Source: Patescibacteria group bacterium (lineage in GTDB: Bacteria > Patescibacteriota > JABMPQ01). From it: a stretch of 64,000 nucleotides of DNA. Positions within the stretch are counted from its first letter, which is position 1; the number at the start of each line of letters is the position of its first letter. The position numbers and the translations under genes were made by a program. The notes beneath the pieces are model-generated. The model saw only the letters and a program-made list of their open reading frames with translations. It was not told the DNA's origin and ran no database searches. Shown piece by piece: positions 18,375 to 28,635 of this stretch. The DNA lies in NCBI GenBank assembly GCA_018818965.1, contig JAHJQX010000010.1, forward strand, positions 4,579 to 68,578. The letters run 5' to 3'.

Positions 18375-19301
18375 CTATTTATACTTGTAGTAGGCCCAGT
18401 TACCAATACGCAGATCTATGTAATCAACTCGCTCAATCCCCTCTTTGATTTGCTCATCCATAACAACCTTGAGATCGCCCAATTGCGACTCCACGCTGCG
18501 ATCAATACTGAAATAAACACGCCAGCCCCCCGTAGTTTCAAGATGAACTTCTTTAGCTAAAATAGAAGGTGCCCAGAATTTTTTGATATCTACATTTATT
18601 TGCAAGGGAAATTGTTGGTGCAAATCTTGCAGGAAGCCAACAAAATTACGTGTTACTACTTCCTCGCGTAAGTATACTTCGCGATCATTAGAGTCATACA
18701 CTAAAGGTAAATCCCGTTCGACCACTTCATCCAGGGTGGCTCGACAGCAAATACTGCCGTATTGATCAACGTAATGTAATTGGTTACCAGCCACCCAGAC
18801 CAACAACAATTGCCGTTCTCTGACTTTAACCTTGATAACATCGGTTAACTTTTTTTCTATCTCTATCTGCTCTAGCCGTGGTATTTCTGCCAGCAAAAAA
18901 TCATTCAGGCTATTTTTATCCAATAAAAATATATTGTCAGCTGGTAACACCCACAATATTTTTCTGGTAGCAAATTTATTGAAAGCCTCTTCAACTTCTG
19001 TCTGGTTTACTTCGACATTATCGATCAAGACCACCTTTTCAACCCGGAAAAAGTTAGTGAAAAAGAGAAAATAGATTAAAAAGGACAAAGTAGTAATGCT
19101 AACCAGTAGATATACCTTTTTAAGAGTTGCAGAAAGCCACTCGCGCTTCTTCCGTTGGGTCGCTCGATTCCGATAATAGAGATCTTTACGCAATTTCTGC
19201 TTGCTCCACAGTTTATTCTTCTTCGGCGTGGAACTACTATGGCTGGCTCGGCGACGAAACAGCTTCTTTTTTCTTCTTTTATTTATACTCATCCAAGCCA
19301 T
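18375..19301 (-). CDS. ftsQ: FtsQ/DivIB-like cell division protein
   Basis: Basic N-terminus, TM, POTRA-like region, VKVRER, C-terminal YIDLRIG. Confidence 0.8.
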   Translation of the reverse strand: MAWMSINKRRKKKLFRRRASHSSSTPKKNKLWSKQKLRKDLYYRNRATQRKKREWLSATLKKVYLLVSITTLSFLIYFLFFTNFFRVEKVVLIDNVEVNQTEVEEAFNKFATRKILWVLPADNIFLLDKNSLNDFLLAEIPRLEQIEIEKKLTDVIKVKVRERQLLLVWVAGNQLHYVDQYGSICCRATLDEVVERDLPLVYDSNDREVYLREEVVTRNFVGFLQDLHQQFPLQINVDIKKFWAPSILAKEVHLETTGGWRVYFSIDRSVESQLGDLKVVMDEQIKEGIERVDYIDLRIGNWAYYKYK

Positions 19302-19308
19302 CTCAGTT

Positions 19309-20463
19309 TTAAATTACTACTCTCTTAATCAGAGGATTAATCCTAGTAACAAATTCATAATTGATTGTCCCAATACTATCGGCCAATGAGTCGGCGGTAA
19401 TCTCTTCCAAGCCCTGTTTGCCTAATAATACCACTTCATCCTCTACCGCTACCTCCTTACAATTAGTTACATCGACCACGATCATATTCATGAATACCCG
19501 CCCCAGCACTTTACAACGTTGACCCTTAATTAACACCTCACCGACCCGAGATAATTTTCGATCGTAGCCGTCCCAATAACCAATTGGTAGCACCGCTATT
19601 TGGCTATCTCGTTTCACCTTTTCCGTGCAACCATAACCCACTGCCGTTCCCGCCTTGATGTTCTTGACCTGAGCCACTACCGTTTTCCAAGTAAGGACGG
19701 TTTGCAGAGAAAAATCCTTCAGGCGCCCATTTTTTTCCTGCACTGTTTGCCGTGTCTCTGGTGATGGCCAGAAACCATACAGACTAATACCTACTCGTAC
19801 CATAGCAAAGTGAGTTTCGGGAAATAACATCGTCGCGGCCGAGTTGGCAGTATGCTTAAGGGGGATATTAATGCCTGCTTTTTCTAAATTGGAGACAACT
19901 TCCTGGAAAGTCTTTAATTGTTTTTGGGCATAACTATAATCCGTTGTGTCCTCAATATTAGCAAAGTGGGTCGAAATTCCTTCGATATGAACGCCAGGAT
20001 ACTTTTTGATGAATTTGATAAACTTGAGAGTGTCCTCGGGCATTACCCCCTGGCGCGATGTCCCCGTTTCAATTTTAAGGTGAATGTTAACTTCCGACTT
20101 TCCCAAATTAGTTATTCTCCCCAGCTCTTCAATCGTCTCCTGATTATAAACAGTCAGCCTAAGATCATTTTCCACTGCCTCTGCTAATCGTGACCGCAAT
20201 ACATAGCCAATTATCAAAATGGAGGCGTCAACGCCCGCCTGACGTAAAACTAATGCCTCATCAATTGAATCCACTCCCAGACAATCAGCCCCTGCCGCTA
20301 GCGCGATTTTGCTCACTCCCACTAGGCCGTGTCCATAAGCATTCGCTTTAACAGCTACCAGCAATTTTACTTCCGACCCGATAAGATTTTTAAACTGCTG
20401 CACATTATGTGTAAGTGCTGCCTGATCTATTTCTACCCAAGTTTTCTGACTAGCTGAATCCAT
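19309..20463 (-). CDS. alr: Alanine racemase
   Basis: AVKANAYGHG, HLKIETG, VRVGISLYG, IGYWDG, GTINYE. Confidence 0.96.
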   Translation of the reverse strand: MDSASQKTWVEIDQAALTHNVQQFKNLIGSEVKLLVAVKANAYGHGLVGVSKIALAAGADCLGVDSIDEALVLRQAGVDASILIIGYVLRSRLAEAVENDLRLTVYNQETIEELGRITNLGKSEVNIHLKIETGTSRQGVMPEDTLKFIKFIKKYPGVHIEGISTHFANIEDTTDYSYAQKQLKTFQEVVSNLEKAGINIPLKHTANSAATMLFPETHFAMVRVGISLYGFWPSPETRQTVQEKNGRLKDFSLQTVLTWKTVVAQVKNIKAGTAVGYGCTEKVKRDSQIAVLPIGYWDGYDRKLSRVGEVLIKGQRCKVLGRVFMNMIVVDVTNCKEVAVEDEVVLLGKQGLEEITADSLADSIGTINYEFVTRINPLIKRVVI

Positions 20464-20472
20464 GTTAACCAG

Positions 20473-21738
20473 CTATTTGATAACTTTCATCCCGCTCATA
20501 TATTCTTGCAGGGCAATTGGCACGACTACGCTACCATCCGCCTGTTGATAATTTTCTAAAATAGCAATAATCATCCGCCCCATCGCCAAAGCAGTACCAT
20601 TCAAGATGTGAACTAATTCATTCTTTTTACTTTTCTGATCACGATATTTGATATTCAGCCGTCGTGCCTGAAAATCTGTGCAATTGCTAGTTGAGTGAGT
20701 TTCCCGATACTTATCCTGCGAAGGTATCCAGCACTCTAGATCATAGGTATTAGCTGATTGATAGCTCAAATCACCGGTACATACTTGGATAATCCGATAC
20801 GGCAATTTTAACTCGGCTACTAATTTTTCCTGCAAAGACAGTAAATATTTATGCTCTTTGTCAGATTGCTCCGGCTTGGTGAAAGAAACCATTTCAACTT
20901 TGTCAAATTGGTGCACGCGGAGAATGCCTTTGGTATCTTTGCCATAAGAACCAGCCTCCCGACGAAAGCAAGTGGAAAAGGCGGCGTAGCGCTTGGGCAG
21001 CTCCTCTTCAGCTAATATCTCATCCATATGCAACGGAACCACTGATTGCTCGGAGGTGCCAGTAAAATATTGCTTATCTTTGGTGAAGTGATAAGTGTCT
21101 TCTTCTCCCCCACCTGATAAATAACCCAACCCCTGCATGGCTTTCTCTTTAATAACCACCGGCGGAACAATCGGCGTGAAACCTTCTTTAATCAGCAAAT
21201 CAAAAGCAAAACGCATTAGAGCAAATTCGAGTAAAGCAGCCGCTCCCTTGAAGTAGCCAAAGCGTGACCCGGAAACCTTGGCTGCTCTTTTGACATCAAT
21301 AATGTCTAGTTTTTCTCCTAAGGCAGCGTGATCGAGGGGTTTGAAATTAAATTCGGTGGGCTGACTGACAACCTTTAGCTCTTTATTTTCACTGTCGTCT
21401 TCGCCCACTGGCACACTTGGTTGTGGAATATTAGGCAGCTCCAGCATCATTTGCTTAATCTGAGCTTCTATTTCTTTCAACTCCGGCTCACTTTCTTTCA
21501 CGCGTTGTGAAATAGCCTTCATTTCCATAACTAGTTTCTGCTTGGTCGCACCACTACTTTTAGCAATCTCGGCTGAAGCTTTATTTTGCTCAGCCCGCAA
21601 TTTTTCCACTTCTTGAAGTAAGTCCCGTTTCTTTTTATCAAGCTTAATCAAGGCGTCAACATCGAATTTTAGTTGACGATCTTTAATAATCTGTTTAAGT
21701 TTCTTGGGATCTTTACGAATGAGATTAATATCTAGCAT
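20473..21738 (-). CDS. serS: Serine--tRNA ligase
   Basis: MLDINLIR, FRREAGSYG, RVHQFDKVE, NCTDFQARR. Confidence 0.98.
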   Translation of the reverse strand: MLDINLIRKDPKKLKQIIKDRQLKFDVDALIKLDKKKRDLLQEVEKLRAEQNKASAEIAKSSGATKQKLVMEMKAISQRVKESEPELKEIEAQIKQMMLELPNIPQPSVPVGEDDSENKELKVVSQPTEFNFKPLDHAALGEKLDIIDVKRAAKVSGSRFGYFKGAAALLEFALMRFAFDLLIKEGFTPIVPPVVIKEKAMQGLGYLSGGGEEDTYHFTKDKQYFTGTSEQSVVPLHMDEILAEEELPKRYAAFSTCFRREAGSYGKDTKGILRVHQFDKVEMVSFTKPEQSDKEHKYLLSLQEKLVAELKLPYRIIQVCTGDLSYQSANTYDLECWIPSQDKYRETHSTSNCTDFQARRLNIKYRDQKSKKNELVHILNGTALAMGRMIIAILENYQQADGSVVVPIALQEYMSGMKVIK

Positions 21739-21743
21739 ATAGG

Positions 21744-22916
21744 TTAGGTTTTAAGTTGTGATCCTTTGCCCATATAACCTTTCAGTACCGACAACCAGGC
21801 TCCCAAGCCGAAGGCGATAGCCACGAGCTTTACTAGCCAACCAATAAAAGGAACTGCTACTACAATCCCAAAGATTACCAAGCCCAGCCCAACAGACCAG
21901 ATCAGAGAAACTTCTTGCTTTTTACCAATCGCTTTGATCAAACGATCACCAATCCACAAGCCAACAATAACCTTAGCCAAATAAATAGCTGCACTGTATA
22001 AGACAAAGACAAGCAAGGCTAGAGGAAAACCAACAATTGTTACCATAACCATGACAGCTGCAATTGGGGTGGCGATTAATACTAACAGTCCCCAACCAAA
22101 ACTTGCACCAGGCTGACCAGTAAGTTTTGCTAAAACTCTACTGGCAATACGCGGGAATAGTAATACAAATAAAATACCGATAATTAATAAACCTAGACCA
22201 CTAATAATCTTACTCGCTGTCCCAGTAATCATCGCCAGGACAGGATTGCCAGAGCCCACCTTAGCCCCACTGTATGAATTTTTAGCCTCCGTCCATTCTT
22301 TGACACCAGCCACTTCTGCTCCACTATCTATTTGCGCTTCTTGAGTAGAGCTATATTTTAAATCACCATTAATCCTTGCATCCGAAGTTAGACTTAGATT
22401 TTCAATTTCTCCCTCTACATTACCACCAACTTCACCCGCTAATTTCATCTCACCCGCTCCCACCCAGATATTACGACCAACATCACCATATAAACTTACG
22501 TTTCCCGCTCCCACGATCAAATCACGACCGATTAGAACATTATCATCTATTTCAACCATGCCGCCCGCCAAGATCACATTATCCTCTATTCTCTCCTTGA
22601 TCCTAACTTGCCCCCCAGAAGCAACCACGTCATCCATTACCGGTCCTTCGATAGTCACTTGGCCTGCTCCCACCAGCACATCGCCATTTACCTGACCAGT
22701 TACTTCTACATCCCCTCCAGCGATAACCAAATCGCCATTTATTTGCCCGTGGATTCTTATATTCCCTCCGGCCACTAATAAATCGTCCTCAATAATCTGA
22801 TCTGCAGCGATAATAACTTCATCACCATTCTTGAATTCAATAGCCTGAGCGCTCACTGGTAGCACTAGAAACATAAACAAGGCAACTACACCAATTAATC
22901 CCCATTTGACCTTCAT
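21744..22916 (-). CDS. Bactofilin-like beta-helix repeat protein with C-terminal TM domain
   Basis: Signal peptide, repeated xGDLxxAGGxVxIxG units, several C-terminal TM helices. Confidence 0.8.
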   Translation of the reverse strand: MKVKWGLIGVVALFMFLVLPVSAQAIEFKNGDEVIIAADQIIEDDLLVAGGNIRIHGQINGDLVIAGGDVEVTGQVNGDVLVGAGQVTIEGPVMDDVVASGGQVRIKERIEDNVILAGGMVEIDDNVLIGRDLIVGAGNVSLYGDVGRNIWVGAGEMKLAGEVGGNVEGEIENLSLTSDARINGDLKYSSTQEAQIDSGAEVAGVKEWTEAKNSYSGAKVGSGNPVLAMITGTASKIISGLGLLIIGILFVLLFPRIASRVLAKLTGQPGASFGWGLLVLIATPIAAVMVMVTIVGFPLALLVFVLYSAAIYLAKVIVGLWIGDRLIKAIGKKQEVSLIWSVGLGLVIFGIVVAVPFIGWLVKLVAIAFGLGAWLSVLKGYMGKGSQLKT

Positions 22917-23329
22917 ATTTTTATTTTTTTAATTAGTTTTGATGATTTATATATCTCCGGCTTATACGATCTTGCTCGTATTATTTTAATATTTTGGTTG
23001 CTTCCCTTAATATATCTTTCCAACTCACCGACAAACTTCCGCTGATCATAGCCTAAACAAATTATAGCTGGCTGGCGCTCACGGATTATTTGTAATTTAT
23101 CACCTCCCGACTGAGCAGCTATTACCTCATCAACTATTCCTTGTTTCTCAATCTCGGCCATCCGCTCAGTTTGTTTATGTATTGGATATTCGCCTTTGAT
23201 TGTCTTTACCGTCTCATCGTGAGCTACCACCACCGTTAGCTGATCACCATGCTCCTTGGCTTGGCGGAAAAAATCTAGATGACCCAGATGAAGAATATCA
23301 AAGGTGCCGAAGACCATTATTTTAATCAT
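22913..23329 (-). CDS. Cytidylyltransferase-family nucleotidyltransferase (RibL/FAD synthase-like)
   Basis: GTFDILHLGH, ICLGYDQ, YKSSK. Confidence 0.85.
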   Translation of the reverse strand: MIKIMVFGTFDILHLGHLDFFRQAKEHGDQLTVVVAHDETVKTIKGEYPIHKQTERMAEIEKQGIVDEVIAAQSGGDKLQIIRERQPAIICLGYDQRKFVGELERYIKGSNQNIKIIRARSYKPEIYKSSKLIKKIKI

Positions 23330-25428
23330 AATCCTAACTCATCACTAATTTCCTGCATCGCCTTGAGGCTAAGTTCGATAAACTCATCTAACGATAATCC
23401 TAATTGATCACACTCTCCAATCATCTCACGCGACACTTTAGCGGCAAAAGACTTGTCTTTCATTTTTTTCTTAAGCGACTTGGCTTTGACGTTGGCTAGT
23501 TTTTTGTCTGGATGCACTAGAGCAGAAGCAAAAATCAAACCAGTGATACTCTCTGCACAAGCCACCGCATGATCGAGCTTAGTTTGCCGCTCAATCACCT
23601 TATTATATTCATAACTGTGAGCTTGGATAGCGTTGATACCAACTTCAGGAAACTTTTGCGCCCGGAGAATATCAGCTGTTACCTTACCATGCTCGGCTGG
23701 CTTATCTTGAGTCTCCTCCCAATCAAGATCGTGTAGTAAACCTGTTACTGCCCACAACTCCTCGTCCTCACCTAACTTTTTAGCCAAAGCTCGCATAATT
23801 ACTTCCGTCTCGCGGGAGTGAAGAATGTTTTTTTCGTCTTTCAAATGCTCTTTGAGTAGAGCAAACGCATCGTCGCGAGTCAGGGATAAATTAACTTTGG
23901 CCATTTTTTGAGATTTAGTTAGCAGGGTTTTATTTCTATCTGCAGTTGATGTCAGCCGGTGACCGTCGTCACCTTTGGGCTTCATGGTGGGGAACAAGAT
24001 CACTTCTTTGATCGAATTGGTATTGGTAAACAACATTGCCATACGATCAATCCCGATACCAATTCCAGTTACGGGTGGCATTCCATGCTCAATCGCTTCG
24101 ATAAATTCTTCGTCAGTCTGGTGGGCTTCGTCAAAACCAGATTGTTCTTTCTTTTTTTCCTCAACGAAACGTTGACGCAAATCAACCGGATCATTAAGCT
24201 CTGAATAATGATTGCCAGCTTCAGATCCGATAATGAAATGTTCGAAGCGCTCAACAAAACGAGGATCATCGGCGCATTTCTTGGCTAGGGGAGATGTTTC
24301 TACTGGGTAATTGTAAATGATGGTCGGCTGAATTAGTTTCTCCTCCACTTTCTCTTCAAAAATATAAGCAATCATCTCACCTGTGGTCTGGAACATGGCA
24401 AGCTCCTCTTTGTCTAGCCCCAACTTTAAGGCCTTTTCCCTGACCTGGTCACAGCTATCACCGATAGTAAAATCAGCTCCGGTATATTCTTTAATAGACT
24501 CGACCATAGTTAACCGCTTCCAAGGTCGTTCCAGATTAATCTTCTGTCCCTGATATTCAATCTCCGTTCCACCTAGCACTTCTTGAGCCGTCTGCAAATA
24601 GATCTCCTCCACCAAATCCATACTAAACTCATAGTTTTGGTAAGCCGTCATAATTTCTAGCAGAGTAAACTCAGGATTATGACTTAGATCAATGCCTTCA
24701 TTGCGAAAGTCCTTACAAAACTCAAACACTTTCTCAAAACCACCCACTATTAATCTCTTAAGATACAGCTCGTCAGAAATACGCAGATAAAGTGGAATAT
24801 CCAAGGCATTATGATGAGTCTTAAATGGCTTAGCAAAACCGCCACCATAAATCGTTTGCAAAATAGGAGTGTCGACTTCCATATACCCTTTAGTAATCAG
24901 AATCTGCCGAATTTTTTCAATCATGGCGGAACGAAGTTCAAATCTTTTTCTAACTTCCGGATTGACTGCCAAATCCAAATAACGCTTACGAAATCTTTCC
25001 TCGACATCTTTTAAACCATGCCATTTTTCTGGCAATGGCTTTAGGCTCTTAGTGAGAAGGGAATAGTCAGATACTTCGAGAGTCTTTTCGCCCTTCTTAG
25101 TAGTAAATAATTTACCAGTCAGCTGCACAAAATCTCCCATATCAAGACTTGAGAAAGATTTATACTTGTCTTCGCCAAGGATATCTCGTCGTAAATAAGC
25201 TTGGATTCGAGCAGTACCATCTTGCACCTGGACAAAAGTAGATCCCCCATGGGAGCGAATAGCATAAATCCTTCCCACTAAGGATATTTCCCGTCCCTTG
25301 AGCTTAGCAAAATCAGCCAACATTTCCTGGCAAGTGTTTGTCCTTTTGGCTTTAGCCGGATAGGGATTTAATTTTGCCTGCTTAATTTTATTGAGTTTGG
25401 CAAGACGTATTGCTGACTCTTCCGCCAT
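23326..25428 (-). CDS. lysS: Lysine--tRNA ligase (class II) fused to C-terminal HD/HDIG domain
   Basis: LPEKWHGL, RKRYLDL, FRNEGID, GIGIGIDR, VILFP, then a ~190-aa domain with GLLHDLD. Confidence 0.96.
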   Translation of the reverse strand: MAEESAIRLAKLNKIKQAKLNPYPAKAKRTNTCQEMLADFAKLKGREISLVGRIYAIRSHGGSTFVQVQDGTARIQAYLRRDILGEDKYKSFSSLDMGDFVQLTGKLFTTKKGEKTLEVSDYSLLTKSLKPLPEKWHGLKDVEERFRKRYLDLAVNPEVRKRFELRSAMIEKIRQILITKGYMEVDTPILQTIYGGGFAKPFKTHHNALDIPLYLRISDELYLKRLIVGGFEKVFEFCKDFRNEGIDLSHNPEFTLLEIMTAYQNYEFSMDLVEEIYLQTAQEVLGGTEIEYQGQKINLERPWKRLTMVESIKEYTGADFTIGDSCDQVREKALKLGLDKEELAMFQTTGEMIAYIFEEKVEEKLIQPTIIYNYPVETSPLAKKCADDPRFVERFEHFIIGSEAGNHYSELNDPVDLRQRFVEEKKKEQSGFDEAHQTDEEFIEAIEHGMPPVTGIGIGIDRMAMLFTNTNSIKEVILFPTMKPKGDDGHRLTSTADRNKTLLTKSQKMAKVNLSLTRDDAFALLKEHLKDEKNILHSRETEVIMRALAKKLGEDEELWAVTGLLHDLDWEETQDKPAEHGKVTADILRAQKFPEVGINAIQAHSYEYNKVIERQTKLDHAVACAESITGLIFASALVHPDKKLANVKAKSLKKKMKDKSFAAKVSREMIGECDQLGLSLDEFIELSLKAMQEISDELGL

Positions 25429-25473
25429 AAATATAATTTATTTACGATTTTACTTTAAGCAATAGCTGCAAAC

Positions 25474-25513
25474 AAAAGCAATCTACTTTAACGTAGATTG
25501 CTTGTATTATAGC
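25474..25513 (-). terminator. greA terminator overlapping an extended -10 (TGCTATAAT) upstream of lysS
   Basis: AAGCAATCTAC/GTAGATTGCTT hairpin plus T-run; TGcTATAAT at 25505-25513 (minus). Confidence 0.6.
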
Positions 25514-25537
25514 AAAAAATATACTTATTCAAAGCAA

Positions 25538-25999
25538 TTATCCGATAGTCATCACTCTATAACTTTTCTGTCCGACAGGAGTTTCTACTTTGACTATTTC
25601 GCCTACTTCTCTATCTAAAAAAGCTTGACCAATCGGTGATTCGTTAGAAATTTTACCCGCTACCGGATCAGCTTCATCTGATCCTACTATTTTGTACTCG
25701 ATTTCTTTGCCATTACTTTTCACCACAATCGTTGAACCTACTCTAATAGATTTCCCCTGACCACTTTTCTTGATAATGACAGCGTTTTTTATCTTGCTCG
25801 CCAATTCAATAATTCTCCCCTCGACAAAGGCCTGCTGCTCCTTAGCCTCTGAATATTCACCACTCTCAGAAATATCACCTTCTTCTAGAGCCTTCCGGAT
25901 ACGATCAGAAACTTCTTTACGCTCGACTTTCTGCAAATGCTCTAGCTCTTTTTTTAATTCGCTCAGACCTTCTTCGGTTAAGTAGTTCTTTTTTATCAT
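25538..25999 (-). CDS. greA: Transcription elongation factor GreA
   Basis: YLTEEG, GDISESGEY, ISNESPIG. Confidence 0.96.
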   Translation of the reverse strand: MIKKNYLTEEGLSELKKELEHLQKVERKEVSDRIRKALEEGDISESGEYSEAKEQQAFVEGRIIELASKIKNAVIIKKSGQGKSIRVGSTIVVKSNGKEIEYKIVGSDEADPVAGKISNESPIGQAFLDREVGEIVKVETPVGQKSYRVMTIG

Positions 26000-26106
26000 T
26001 TTTCTGTTTTAACTAAAACTGAGCCTGTCCAGTTTGGCAAAAAGCCCATTATTTTACTTGTACACCCCTCCGATCTTAGCTTGCTTCACCGTTATGTCAA
26101 CAACAG

Positions 26107-26115
26107 TTATCCACA
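26107..26115 (+). promoter_or_regulatory. Perfect DnaA-box consensus next to the greA promoter
   Basis: TTATCCACA; minus-strand TTGACA-16-TAAGAT nearby (about 26073-26100). Confidence 0.35.
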
Positions 26116-26149
26116 AAATAATCTGCGAGCGGTAACTCAGATAATTAAC

Positions 26150-28105
26150 TTACTGTTTATTATCAAAATACCACTCCAAAATCTTTCCGGCAATTGGCAC
26201 CGCTACTTCGCTACCTTCTCCTCCTTCTTCTACCAGAACCGTCACTACTACCTCTGGATTTTCGTAAGGAGCAAAAGTTGTATACCAAGCATGATTATCA
26301 CCGCTGCCGGAATGTTGAGCCGTCCCTGTCTTGCCGGCCGACGATACCGATAAATAATTTAAGGATTTACCTGATCCGGATAATACTGTCTCGCGCATAG
26401 CCCTTTGCACAATCTTAATATTCTCCTGACTAACCAGTCCTTCTTTCATAGAATGAGGGAAATGTTCCTTAATACTATTACTGCTATTATCGACTACCTT
26501 TTGCACCAAATATGGTTGATAGACAACTCCCCCGTTGGCAACGGCAGCCGTCCAGCAAGCTACTTGAAGAGGAGTAGTTAGAACATCTCCCTGGCCAATC
26601 GCCATATGGTAAGTATCGCCTAGGTACCATTCCTCTCCTTTGGTTTCCCCTTTCCAATCGGGAGTGGGAATCAATCCTTTCTTTTCATTGGGTAAATCTA
26701 TGCCTGTAGCCTGACCCAAACCAAATTTTTGATAATACTTTTCTAATTTTTCCGCCCCTAGACCTTCCCGACTTTCATATCCTCCGCCCGCAATGTAAAA
26801 ATAGATATCTGATGACTGGGCAATGGCACTATAAATATCCATCGGGCCCAAACCAGCTAAATTCCAGCCAACGAAATTATAAACAACGTCTGGATTATAT
26901 TTATTGGGCACACTAATCGAGCCAGTATCTTCGATAATGGTGTGCTCATTCACCACCCGTTCCTCGAGAGCAGCGGCAGCCACTACTGGTTTAATAGTTG
27001 ATCCGGGAGGGTAAACACCGTTTATCACCCGGTTGAATAAAGGTTTATCCTCATCATTAATTAGACGTTCGTAATCTTCTGATAATACACCCCCCGTAAA
27101 AATGTTGTTATTATAATCAGGTGTGCTAACCAAAGACAGAACTCGACCACTATCTGGTTCCATTACTACCACTGCTGCTTTATTTGATTGTATTTTCTCT
27201 AGCTCGGCAGCCACTATTTCATTAACTTTCAGCTGCAATTCCCGATCCACAGTTAAAATCAAATCGCTGCCAGCCACTGATTCACTGACCGCTACCACTT
27301 CTTTTACCTTACCGCGGGAATCAACTTCAACTTGCTCTCGGCCGTGCTGACCTCGCAGCTCTGATTCATAATAATTTTCGAGACCACTCTTCCCTAGCCA
27401 GTCAGTTGTCTGATAGTCATCTTCTCCTAATTCGTTTAACTCTTCCTCGGTTATTTTGCCAACATAACCCAAAATGTGGGCAAACGCAGCCGCCTCTTCA
27501 TAGTAACGTCTGGTATTAATTTCAATATCAACACCAGGCCACTGCGCTAATCGCGGTTGGAGAAATAATGCCTTGTCTCGCTCTAAATTACGCTTTATTG
27601 GCACTGGCGTATAGGAACTATAATCTAAATTGTTCTCTACTTCACTAAATTCGTCTTCTCCTATTGCCAAATGCAATTTGACTTTACCTAACACCTCTTG
27701 CCGCTGCTTTTCTTCTTTAGGTAAATCAGCCGGAATAACTAATAAATCAAAACTGGGCTCATTACGTACTAAGATATTTTTATCGGAGTCATAGATTATG
27801 CCCCGAACTGTTTTTTTAATATTTACCCTGAATCTATTTTCAGCAGCTGCTTGCTTATACTCATCCCCAGCGAATACCTGTAGTTGAATTAAACGCAACA
27901 AAAGCACAATAAAGACAGATAAAATGATAGCCGCAAAAATTTTTATCTTGCCATAATCAAACAGGGGGTTAATTGTTCTAACCTCTTGAGCATCCTGCCG
28001 TCCTGTCATCAGAGCTTCGTCCCAATTTTCCATTACCTCATTACTATCGCGATCTATTGTTTTCCCCTCCAAATAGTCAGTGTGAAAGGGATTTTTATTT
28101 GTCAT
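26150..28105 (-). CDS. mrdA: Penicillin-binding protein 2
   Basis: YPPGSTIK (SxxK), SSD, KTGTAQ; follows mreBCD. Confidence 0.95.
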   Translation of the reverse strand: MTNKNPFHTDYLEGKTIDRDSNEVMENWDEALMTGRQDAQEVRTINPLFDYGKIKIFAAIILSVFIVLLLRLIQLQVFAGDEYKQAAAENRFRVNIKKTVRGIIYDSDKNILVRNEPSFDLLVIPADLPKEEKQRQEVLGKVKLHLAIGEDEFSEVENNLDYSSYTPVPIKRNLERDKALFLQPRLAQWPGVDIEINTRRYYEEAAAFAHILGYVGKITEEELNELGEDDYQTTDWLGKSGLENYYESELRGQHGREQVEVDSRGKVKEVVAVSESVAGSDLILTVDRELQLKVNEIVAAELEKIQSNKAAVVVMEPDSGRVLSLVSTPDYNNNIFTGGVLSEDYERLINDEDKPLFNRVINGVYPPGSTIKPVVAAAALEERVVNEHTIIEDTGSISVPNKYNPDVVYNFVGWNLAGLGPMDIYSAIAQSSDIYFYIAGGGYESREGLGAEKLEKYYQKFGLGQATGIDLPNEKKGLIPTPDWKGETKGEEWYLGDTYHMAIGQGDVLTTPLQVACWTAAVANGGVVYQPYLVQKVVDNSSNSIKEHFPHSMKEGLVSQENIKIVQRAMRETVLSGSGKSLNYLSVSSAGKTGTAQHSGSGDNHAWYTTFAPYENPEVVVTVLVEEGGEGSEVAVPIAGKILEWYFDNKQ

Positions 28106-28635
28106 AATTTACTAGCCAGACTAGTGGCAAATCCATTAATTATTTTTTGATATTTGGCGATCAGTGGATAAATAATTAACATCAATAACACATTTGCTAC
28201 TGTTCCCAATAGTATTGACCAAAAAACAGTAGTTGATAGACCAATTCCAGTTTCGGCAAAACTGATAAAGCTAAATAACCACGAAAAAAAGTAAATCAAC
28301 CCGTAGTATAAAATGGCTATTAGTCCGCATAGCCAAGTTCGAGTATAGTACTTATTAAAACTGATTGCGGTATTAGAAATTAAATAGAGACTGAGGACTA
28401 TTACTAGTAGAGATATCATGAAAACACTTAATTTGACTGACGAAAAAATATCTAAGAGAACACCGCCGCCAATAGCCCAGAAAAATGCCTCTTGGTAATC
28501 ACCGAGTAGACACCAACAAAATACTACTACCATTATAATACTAGGCAAAAAACCCCGCGTAGAAAAATGAGGCAAAAAAGAAACCTGCAAAATGGCAGCT
28601 ATGAAGACTCCTATTAGAGCAATAAATCTTTTCAC
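28102..28635 (-). CDS. mreD: Rod shape-determining protein MreD
   Basis: Polytopic membrane protein with GGVLLDIFS, located between mreC and mrdA. Confidence 0.85.
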   Translation of the reverse strand: MKRFIALIGVFIAAILQVSFLPHFSTRGFLPSIIMVVVFCWCLLGDYQEAFFWAIGGGVLLDIFSSVKLSVFMISLLVIVLSLYLISNTAISFNKYYTRTWLCGLIAILYYGLIYFFSWLFSFISFAETGIGLSTTVFWSILLGTVANVLLMLIIYPLIAKYQKIINGFATSLASKL

